This document shows positions 53,270-64,000 of a DNA stretch of 64,000 nt, in pieces. The position numbers and the translations under genes are program-made. The DNA lies in assembly GCF_006345805.1 (NCBI RefSeq), contig NC_043008.1:15686001-15750000 (forward strand), written 5' to 3'. How positions within the stretch are numbered: position 1 is the first letter of the stretch; every line of letters begins with the position of its first letter. The notes under the pieces are model-generated. The model was given only the letters and a program-made list of their open reading frames with translations. It ran no database searches and had not been told where the DNA came from. The DNA is from Octopus sinensis. Its lineage: Eukaryota.

Positions 53270-54140
53270 ATACTATCAGCATGCAAAACTGAATGCAATA
53301 CCCAATGAATACACTGGACCCGGAGGTATTGCAATCCCAGAGGCACAATCAGTGCGTGACCTGGGTATTCACATGAGTGATGACGCGACCTTTCATGTAC
53401 ATGTTGCTAAACTGACAATGAAATGTAGACGGCTGGCTGGCTGGATTCTTAGAACCTTTAGAACAAGAGAACAAGAAACCATGATGGTCCTCTGGAAGAC
53501 ACTTGTCCTAAGCCACTTTGACTATTGCTTTCAGCTATGGTCACCATCCAGTGTCAAGTTGATCACAGAACTTGAGGCGATCCAACGAAGCTACACAAAG
53601 AAGATAGCCTCTATGCAGAATGTAAGCTACTGGGAAAGACTCAAGAGATTAAAATTATATTCCCTGGAACGTAGGCGGGAAAGATATGCCATAATATACA
53701 TCTGGAAGATCCTGGAGGGAAGTGTCCTGAACTTTGGCATCGAGAGTTACGCAAATGCCAGAACTGGGCGCCACTGCGTGGTGCCTAGGACTCCAAACCT
53801 GCCATCAAGATGTAGGACAAGATACTGTGATAGCCTGGGCTTCCGAGGCCCACAGCTCTTCAATATCCTCCCGAAGAACCTGAGAGACCTGCATGGGGAG
53901 GATACAGATGTCTTTAAAATGAAGCTGGATCTCTTCCTGTCAGGTGTCCCAGATGAACCAACTTCACGGCAGGAGGGGCAGATGAGGGCAGCTGCATCGA
54001 ACTCTCTCATGCACCAAATAGCAGCTGCTAGAAAGCCTCCATGAAGTGAAACCAAGTAGCAACACCAAATGGCGGTGCCCCAGCATGGCCACAGCTCATA
54101 AGCTGAAACTAGAATCAATCAATCAATCAATCAATCAATA
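53270..54140 (+). mobile_element. CR1-group LINE, 5'-truncated, uninterrupted ORF to the stop at 54044, (ATCA)n tail
   Basis: VRDLGI...GWILRTF...LV.SHFDYC.QLWSP...LEAIQR...[13 protein letters not shown]; no stops over about 258 codons. Confidence 0.93.
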
Positions 54141-54484
54141 CGACCGGCTCCTTTCAGTTTCCGTCGACTAAATCCATTCACAAGGCTTTGGTCGGCGGAG
54201 GGTATAGAAGACGACACTGAACACGGAACCATGTGTTTGAGAAGCAAGCTTCATATCACACTCGGGTCTCTGTATAAATATTATTTTATAATTTTTCTTT
54301 TATTCTTTTATTTGTTTCAGTCATTGGAAGGCGCCCATTCTAAAGCACCGTCTTTAGTCGAACAAATCGACCACAGGACTTGTTCTTTGTAAGCCTACAA
54401 CTTATTATATCGATCTCTTTTGCCGAACCGCTAGATAACGGAGATGGTGGGTGGAAAAACACAGACGCACAAACATATATATAC
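54140..54484 (-). mobile_element. SINE family A fragments
   Basis: 5' half (54140-54260) and 3' half (54300-54484). Confidence 0.75.
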
Positions 54485-54534
54485 GATTCCTGGCTTTCAC
54501 CCAGGCGGCCCGGATTCGATTCCCGGCATGGGAA
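54485..54534 (+). tRNA. 5'-truncated tRNA-Glu(TTC) pseudogene fragment
   Basis: GATTCCTGGCTTTCACCCAGGCGGCCCGGATTCGATTCCCGGCATGGGAA: anticodon stem CCTGG/CCAGG with TTC, T-arm and 3' acceptor strand; D-arm and 5' strand absent. Confidence 0.85.
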
Positions 54535-54597
54535 TGTTATGTTAAAGGCGGGGCTCCAGCATGGCCACAGTCAAAATGACTGAAACAAGTAAAAAGA

Positions 54598-54640
<43 letters not shown>

Positions 54641-54644
<4 letters not shown>

Positions 54645-54741
54645 TGCGACGCAGTGGGACAAAACCCTGAACCATACAGTTAGTAAGCAAGCTACTTTAC
54701 CACACAGCCACTCTTGCGCTTCCACCACACCTGCGCCTATA

Positions 54742-54776
<35 letters not shown>

Positions 54777-54869
54777 GGTGCGACGCAGTGGGACAAAACC
54801 CTGAACCATACAGTTAGTAAGCAAGCTACTTTACCACACAGCCACTCTTGCGCTTCCACCACACCTGCG

Positions 54870-54872
<3 letters not shown>
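54641..54872 (-). repeat. Two identical head-only SINE A units of about 98 bp separated by (TA)n
   Basis: 54641-54738 equals 54775-54872. Confidence 0.92.
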
Positions 54873-54907
<35 letters not shown>

Positions 54908-55404
54908 TATTTCCTTACTCAACATTTTCTATACACTTGCATATTACTCTTATCAACAGCGAGATAACTTTATAATTATCACATCTTGTGAAGGGACCAT
55001 AACCTCCCTTTCTCTTCCACTCATATTCTTATCATTATTTTTTATTATTAGACCATGATATTTCGCTTATTGCATGCATTTTGAGTGCCATGTGGCATGA
55101 CTAAACTTTGTGTGCCTCAAATGCATAAAGTGTTTTCCTGTTTGACTATTATAATGCCATTTGCAAACATTTATCTGTTTATCCATGCAGCTACAAGTGG
55201 GCGGTGTTAATTGAAAATCTTAGAGAAGCATCATTATTTCCAGGTGATACTCTCATCAAATGTTCAAAAATAACAGTTTCCCAGGATCACAACCATATGT
55301 GCGTGACATGGTGATCTCATGTCAACATAATTTGAATGATAACACTTCCAATTAGTTCAAATCAGCAACCATCAGAATCACTAACTGGACCGCATCAGGG
55401 CATC

Positions 55405-55471
55405 ATCGTCATCATCATCATCATCATCATCACCATCGTCATTATTATTATTATTATTATCATTATTATTA

Positions 55472-55523
<52 letters not shown>

Positions 55524-55528
55524 CCGTA

Positions 55529-55578
<50 letters not shown>

Positions 55579-55592
55579 GTAGTAGTAGTATT
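55405..55592. repeat. (CAT)n(TAT)n(TAG)n tract
   Basis: Directly visible. Confidence 0.95.
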
Positions 55593-57630
55593 GAGCAATT
55601 GATTGATAAATCGAACAAGCATCTATGCAGAAAATACAGAATATAGTAATTTAATCGTATTACCTTATGAAATAATATCTGTTGCTGGCCTGTTGCTAAC
55701 ATAAAACTTTCAGATTGTTTGAATGTCCACTTCATTACCTGGGTTGGAAGAAATGTTTGGCTTTAGACATTTTTATCTGTTTATATGTTATCTGTAAATA
55801 GCCATTTACGATTATTGTAAGCGTTGCAAGGTGGCCACATAAGACGCAAAAAGTAGAGATTATTACGATAGTAGGCGTAACACTAACACACAAATGGGTA
55901 AAATATAGAATTATACAGAAAAAAATCGTGGCAAAATAATCGAACGGTCAGACATTGTATTTCACATATACAGATGAGACGTGGATCACACACACAAACA
56001 CATTTAAGTGCTGCAGACATAATTTTAAATGGTAATATAATACTAAGAACAACGTTACCAAACATTTTGACTTTTATAAACTGCGTAGATTTCGAGGAAA
56101 TACACCCCAGGACTTAACTCTAAGAAAAGAGGTAGGTACACACTGTGTCACAAACGTCTGTGAGAGCGGTTATCTCCCATAGATGAGTTAAAATAATAGT
56201 AGGGTCCTTCATATGAAATAAAATTAATAGTTGGTAGGAGGCTTGTCCAATACATCATGCGATGTGTGAACCGCCAATATAAACGTGATATATGCTAGCT
56301 GTTTAAAATTGAAAGTCAATTAGAAAAAGGACCGTGCCGCTTTAAAGTGCACTGGTCGTCACTCTCGTATCGTAGCATATATGACTCAGAAATACAAGGT
56401 TGAGTTGACAAGGAAGTATTCGTTTGATTTCTCGCCACAAATTCGCAAGATTTCATTTATGTATTTAGTCACAGGCGAGAATTGCTGTTGCATTGGGTAG
56501 ATGGCGGACAGTGGCTTCTGAGCTTTGTGGAAGAGTAGGAGGTTGTCTATTGTGGATGTGTTCGAGAAGGCGACGGTCTAGAAGACGTCGTGACATGACG
56601 TATAGAGCGCAGTACACAGAGAAGCGGGTAAAGTACGCGATGGATGGGTATTACCAGTTTGTTAGTCAATGCTGGCAAGGTAGCTAGAGAACGCACGCTT
56701 AATCGGGAAGACTTCTATTGAAGTCATCCATTCTTTGCAGGTGTACGATCTATGAGACCCGCAAAAATATGTGCTGGGGTAGGTTCTGCATGGACTAACC
56801 ATTTGTGATGACCTTCGATTTCCAGCAGAATATCCTGAAGTTTTAATTATTGAATTAAGGGTACTGGTAAAAGAAATTAATCCTACGTGTGTAGTAATAA
56901 AAGGTAGGTTATGGTCGTTTGCCAACTAAAAGATTACAAAGCACAAAAGCAGAGTTTATTACGAAGTAACAGAGAACAGTATGAACAATATAGCGTCCTG
57001 CGTTCTATTGCAAATAACATGGCGGTTTCTGTTAGCTGAAAAGATAACCAGAGCAAAGCCAAGAAATCACGTCATCGTTTGTTTTTTTAAGAAGACACTG
57101 ATTATCATCCTAGAAATGGTTAAGCGATATGGGCGACTGTGACTAAAATTGTTAGAATGTTATGCTGATGGAAATACTCCAAACTCCTACCTGCAGGCTG
57201 GGTTGGGGAGCAAACGTTGTGCAAGAGCTTCTGTTTTTTGTCATCAACGTGGTCTTGAATATCTGGGATAATTTGCTTGGCTCTACTTAAAGGCTGTCCC
57301 GTACGAGGAGCACTGAATCACTCAAGAGTTTTCATATTTTGGATAATGTATAACATTTTCATGCCAATCCCATATCTTTCTTCCCTTCCTTCATCTTTTA
57401 ATGTAAGCCCACACTGAAGTTGTAAACTGTCCTTGTAATTACCCTTCCATTTCACTTCAGATGTTATAAAAGTCAGTATGAGAGAAGCCATAATGAACAT
57501 GACCATGATGATGACTATCATGATCACCATTACTATCGTCATTATCCACCTCACCTCCCCCTCCTCCTCCTCCTCCACCTCCACCTCCACCTCCTCCGCC
57601 TCCTCCACCTCCACCTCCTCCTCCTTCCTA

Positions 57631-57680
<50 letters not shown>

Positions 57681-57681
<1 letters not shown>

Positions 57682-59587
57682 TATGTTTGACTTTTGCTTT
57701 ATGTCTGTACAAGTTGGCTCCAAGTTTCCCCCAGAGACCTCAAGAGACAACAGGTTGGAAGTTCTGTGCCATATATTTGGGTTTTTTTTTTTGGTGAATG
57801 TCTAATACATAAAAATAAAATAAAAAATAAAAGAATAAAATAAAATAAAAAAATAAATAAATAAAAAAAGGGTTTGTTTTAAACCTTGGGATTACATAGA
57901 GAGTATTTTGCGTAGGATATGAGCAGTTCCCATGAGCACTATCTTTTGAATTTCTGCCATTTTGGGGTTTCCTGGTATTTGAGTTAGGTAGCAATTAGTC
58001 CCTTTCGCTATCATTCCCAGGGCACCTATGACAACAGGTATTGTTTTAGTCTTCAGCTTCCACATTTTGCTGATTTCTATTTCAAGATCTTTATATTTGC
58101 TCAGTTTTTGGTAGGTCTTGACAGATACGTTTATATCGATTGGGACAGTCATATCAATGAGGAGGCATGTTCTTTGTCTGAAGTCTTTCAATATGATGTC
58201 TGGCCTATTTGCATCTATCTTCCTGTCAGTTTGAATGGTGAAGTTCCAGAGGAGTGAGATGTGGTCATTTTCAAGCATGGTGGATTGTGTTCCCACCAGT
58301 TTTTTTCATGGAGCAAATTCAAGTTTTTGCAAATTACCCAGTGAATATATTGTGCAGCTCTATCATGCCTGTTGAGGTACTCTGTAGGCGCTAGAAGACT
58401 GCATTTTGTTTCATTTTGTTGTCGGCATACACGACATGTTGGGCTACTGCCGTTCTTTAATATGTTGGCCTGGTAGTTTCTTGTTGGTAGGCATTGATCT
58501 TGAGCTGCTATGATAATCCCCTCTGTTTCAGATTTTAAGCCAGAGGCCATTAGCCATTGATGGGTCAGGGCTTTGTCAATATCTGCATTATTCGCTCTCT
58601 TTGGGTATTTGCCATAGAGAGGTTTCTCTTGCCATTTATTATTCAGAATATTTAAGGCCGCAGTTTTGGCACGGGTTTTCATGCGTCTAGCTTTTTCTGT
58701 GCTTGTTTCTTTTATGTCTATCTCTAATTCCGAAATTGGTTGTAATCGGAATTCACTTAGATATTCCTTTGCCTGTTTTGTGCCTGAGTATGATGCTTTC
58801 TTGTTTTCATGTTTTGAGACAAGTTTTAACATCCAGTCCTCAGAGTTTTTCAGGTAGGTGTCTAGGCCAATTGTAGCAATCTTCATTGTTATTGCCAGTT
58901 GTAAAAGACCACGGCCTCCCTCTTTTCTTGGCAGATAGAGTCGTTCTGTATCTGCGTTAGGGTGGTGCATTCTATGCATTGTCAACAGTTTCCTTATTTT
59001 TCTGTCGAGCTGACATATTTCAGTAATTGACCAGTTAACAATATTGAAACTGTAAGTCACGACTGGTATAGCTAATGCATTGATCGCTTCGATCCTGTTT
59101 CTTGCATTCAGCTCTGTCTTGAATATTGCTCTCACTCTTCGATAGCATTCTCTCCTGATCCTTTCCTTCATCTCTGAATGCCTTATTCCGTTCCCTTCAA
59201 TTACCCCTAGGTACTTGTAGCTCTCCGCTGGGTCTAGTTCTTTTATGACATTCTGCTGGTCAAGGTTAACGTTAGACGTTTCTGTCATTTTTCCTTTGAT
59301 AAAGGTAGCTTTTGCACATTTATCGAGGCCGAATTGCATTCTGATGTCGTCACTGAATTGTTTGACTATCGCTAGTAAGCCCTTGAGTTGTTGGTCATTT
59401 TTTGCAAAAAGCTTTAAATCATCCATGTAAATGAGATGATTTATATTTTTATCAAACCTTTTATACCCATACTGCGCATCATTGAGCAGCTTTGAGAGAG
59501 GTATTAAGGATAAACAAAAGAGGAGTGGTGACAGCGAGTCACCCTGGAAAATGCCACACGAAATTTTTACATCATCAGCATTTAGGG
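57681..59587 (-). mobile_element. R4/Dong-like non-LTR retrotransposon, 5'-truncated (RT C-terminal half, CCHC, REL)
   Basis: GIFQGDSLSPLLF, HLIYMDDLKL, FGLDKC, CRVC..., NRHD, RPDIIL..., KYKDLEIEI; one frameshift near 58290; (TAA)n on both sides. Confidence 0.95.
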
Positions 59588-59649
<62 letters not shown>

Positions 59650-60602
59650 GTTATCATACCATTAACTATCCATTTCAGAATAGAAGTATTTTAAAAATAA
59701 TACCATCTGATATAACCACAGATCCTATAAAACTAGTCCAATTTTTTTAAAGACATACCTATTCTCCATGAAAGTTTCCGCTGGAGAAATGTTAAAAGCG
59801 TCTTATTTTTGAAATTACCTGACACATAGTATAAATCGAGATGTGTTATGCTTCATTTGCTGTACACACTTTAATATAAAAAAAACAAAACAGGATATGT
59901 ACGAAAAGAAAAGAAGAAAAGAGTATTCTTCAGGCATAAACATGTAATAGAAAAACATTTCCAAGTAAAACTAAGCAAAATATATCGTTTGAGCATGAAT
60001 TGTTATAGTAAAAATATATTTATATGTATATTGAGTAGAAGGAGAAAAACATTGCGTTTGAAGGAAATTACAATATGCAAAACACGAATTCATACATATG
60101 GAAGTAGGAAAAATTAAACTTAGTGTTCCGCCTTGTTAAATATTTCGATCGCTTTTCTGCCACACATTGGCAAATATTCGTGCAAACATTAGATCTGGAA
60201 ATTGTTAAAAACTGTACAAGCAATGATTTAAAAAACAAACAATCTAATCCGTTTGCGGATTTACTACATGACATTATATTCATCAACATGTTTTTCAATT
60301 CAAAGACCTTAATATCAAATATATGGATTTTGTAAGCAGGAAAAAACAAAATCGATAGATATGTACAGATATGTACATACAATTACTCTAACATATTTTT
60401 TTCAATATGTATATTTATGTATCTATTCGGATATCTACCAAAATATTAAATTACAAATATTCCAGCACTCGTTTTCAAACAGTTCAAATTTCTGAGGCTC
60501 GTACGAACCGAACGAGGCAGGTCCAAGTTGGCTTCTGGCAGTTGGGTCAATATGGATCAATAAAGATCACATAGGCGCAGGAGTGGATCAATAAAGATCA
60601 CA

Positions 60603-60995
60603 TAGGCGCAGGATTGACTGTGTGGTAAGTAGCTTGCTAACCAACCACATGGTTCCCGGTTCAGTCCCACTGCGTGGCTTCTTGGGCAAGTGTCTTCTGC
60701 TATAGCCCCGGGCCGACCAATGCCTTGTGAGTGGATTTGGTAGACGGAAACTGAAAGAAGCCTGTCGTATATATGTATATGTATATATATATATGTGTGT
60801 ATGTGTGTCTGTGTTTGTCCCCCTAGCATTGCTTGACAACCGATGCTGGTATGCTTACGTCCCCGTCACTTAGCGGTTCGGCAAAAGAGACCGATAGAAT
60901 AAGTACTGGGCTTACAAAGAATAAGTCCCGGGGTCGATTTGCTCGACTAAAGGCGGTGCTCCAGCATGGCCGCAGTCAAATGACTGAAACAAGTT
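60603..60995 (+). mobile_element. SINE family A, near consensus, with a duplication of about 31 bp across its 5' junction
   Basis: TGGATCAATAAAGATCACATAGGCGCAGGA occurs twice at 60553-60613. Confidence 0.92.
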
Positions 60996-62823
60996 AAAAA
61001 AAAAGTATGCTGTTGTCAATTTCGAGGTGGTACCAATTCCCAATCTGAATTCCGAGGAACATTTGATAGGACGGGATTTTGGTACAGACATTGTGTAGGA
61101 AGAGTGGTTCGTTTTGCTAACGACGTCGGTCCGCCGGAGTGGTTGTGTGTGTGTGCGTGTGTGTTTGTGCGTGTACACTTAGCCTGGTATGTTGATGCGT
61201 GTATATGGGACACGTGCGTATATAAATGCTCCTCGTACGTGTGTATATGAGCGTATTGGTGATATCAGTTTGCTAGTGTAGATATCTGGTATGTGCGGGA
61301 GTATATCTACTGTGTGCGGGTGTGGATGTGCCTATATAAATGTGCGTTTGCATGTGCTGTGTGTATATGTGTATGCGCGTCCGGTACTTATGGACATGAA
61401 TTCGATTTATGCGCGTTCCTGGATCATGTGAGTATGTGGCTGCCGTGTATGTCTATATCTAATGTGTTTGTGTCTGTATGTATACATATGCGTCTCTATC
61501 TATTGTGTGTGTGTATGTGTATCTTAAAAACAGAAGGGTAAAGTTACCGTCTCTCTTAAAATACCGACTTATAAAAGCCGGTATCATGGCGTATATATTC
61601 CTCGCCTGAGGTATGTGACGGCGAAGGAAGTAATTTTGTTGACACAGTTGGTGGCAAAGACGGTGGCAATGCAGATGATGATGTTAGCATTGTCAACTGT
61701 GATTAATGATAAAGATGACCATAAAGAGTTTAATTATGATGATAAAGTTGTGTTTGTGGAAGCAGACGAAGATAGTAGAGATTCCACTATTAGGATTTGA
61801 GGATAAGACAAGTGAGTTAGCTAGTAATTCGAAATATGACACTCAAATAAATACATAACGATAAACTCACACGCTTACCTTACAAATCGTTGTGAATATA
61901 TTTATGTACACATACTACACACGTATAAAAAGAATACATGCATATATATATGTTTTTAATTTTTTTTTGCAATTTACTTAATCATTGACATTTTATTGTT
62001 ATTTTAATTTGAATATTTCTATTGTATGCAATTTTCTAGATGGTGTAATTTAATCATTCATTTTGGATTTATAAAATGTGCTTTTTCTAATCATATATAT
62101 ATATATATAATATATATATATACATGCATACATATACATACACATGTATACATATATTTACGCATTCACAGTCACAGAAATGAATTTCAGAATAATTACA
62201 GATTTTCTTCTCGCTCAACTTTCTGAAAATTACATTATTTTGTAGACATATTGTCAAGGGTGGAGATTTCAAAAATTTTGATAAAATTTACAAATATTTT
62301 TTCCTAAATACTTGCTGAGCTATTCCTGTAATCTTCATTTTGCTACCTTAACTTCAGCTTTTTAAAAACTTTAAAAAAAAAATTTTATGTTTGAGACTTC
62401 AACATTCTTAATGTACTCCACACATTTCTGGAAAATCTGATTAAAGAAATATATATAAGGCATGTTAAGAAGAAGCAAAGTGAGAGAATGTGAAAGATTC
62501 GAAACTTCTTCAAAAATTTTCTAAGAAAATATTGTCAACGCTAATGTTTTCTCCATCCTCTAAAACTAATCTCTATGCATTTCAGTCACAATGGCACCTA
62601 AGAGTATATTAAGACAATTTTTTCAAAGATGCATAAAATATCACAATTACGAATTATTGAAATATCTCTCTGTTCTGTAAAAATGCAGTTGTTATGTACG
62701 AAATTTATGAATGATTATTTCCATGCCTTTGAATAGATGCGTCATTATATACCATTAATAAAACTCTCGTGCCATTTGTGAGGACATGGGAATGCTAACC
62801 TATACATACATGCATACACACAC

Positions 62824-62897
<74 letters not shown>

Positions 62898-62991
62898 AAG
62901 GAATGTGTGTGGGTATTATATGCATATACACATATATTATATCTATCTATCGATCTCTTTCACTCTTTATAATTATACATGTATGCATATA

Positions 62992-63032
<41 letters not shown>

Positions 63033-63883
63033 TCTCTCTCTCTCTCTGTATATATATAATTCTTTATACACGTATATGTTTTGTGAGAACATATTTGAAA
63101 ACAGTATATCGTCCATATATAACTGGAGACAGAACTACCTATCAGAACAATTTTACTTCAAATTTTATTGATTGTCCTATTGTTATAACAGTTACGCCCG
63201 ACAGATTCCATGTAAACAAAATTTTATTTTTTTTCCATAACATAATTAAAAAATACATTTATATTTTCAAATAGTTTCATGATTGTAGAGAGATTATTGT
63301 GGCTATTGTGAAAATTGTAGTCTGCTTTCCAAAAAATTTTTAAATGCTATTCATGCACACAAAAAGGGAATTTGGTGATGTTACACACATTCACACACAT
63401 ATATGTGTATATAAGTACATAGATAGATCGATAGATAGATATAAAAATGTCTGCACAGATGTATACATACGTATATACGTATGTCCATAGACACAGGCAC
63501 CTAAATAATTGTAAGTGTTTTATATTCGCTTGGTAAAATAAATGTATGATGACGACAATGGATTTTAAGTAATATAGCAAAACACAGCAATGAATATATG
63601 TCAACAGTTACCTGAATATTGTATGAAGAATGCAATAGATTTTCTACGAACTGAATATTGAACGTAGCATGGTGTTCAATTTTCAATTACCATACATACA
63701 GAGATATAGATAGGTAGATAGATAAAGATTGAGATAGAGAGAGAGAGAGAATGACAGAAAGAGACTGAGAATGAGGCTGATTTACACACACAGACATCCA
63801 CAAAGATATATACATATATATATATATATAGGTATCTATTTATCTATGTATCTAACTATCAATCAATCTCTCTCTCTCTCTCC

Positions 63884-63922
<39 letters not shown>

Positions 63923-64000
63923 CGTATATATATATATATATATATATGTGTGTGGGAGTGTGTGTATGTATATATAATGAAATTTAAACAAAATACTTAA

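Overview
This is AT-rich, microsatellite-dense eukaryotic DNA, most consistent with a coleoid cephalopod such as Octopus. That assignment is an inference from the repeat families and simple-repeat density, not a database result. I cannot identify an intact host protein-coding gene. Most listed ORFs are artefacts of (TA)n, (TATC)n and trinucleotide repeats or SINE read-through. The window is mainly a graveyard of mobile elements: at least four tRNA-derived SINE families (about 25 copies or fragments), a young CR1-type LINE 3' end, RTE fragments, several R4/Dong-like LINEs sitting in (TAA)n tracts, and Tc1/mariner, Chapaev3-like, piggyBac-like and Helentron-like remnants. The observations most worth following are: (1) plus-strand exon-like segments in the first 16 kb that are interrupted only or mostly by TGA, with some LRR/Toll-like fragments; (2) a SINE and a CR1 LINE sharing a 3' stem-loop with compensatory changes, plus a tRNA-Glu fragment fused to the same tail; (3) a SINE inserted as TSD-flanked dimer and trimer with the same junction; (4) a type I hammerhead ribozyme with an intact catalytic core; (5) a head-to-tail stack of Dong-like 3' ends in one (TAA)n locus. 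All family names come from motif recognition by eye, and boundaries of degraded elements are approximate.
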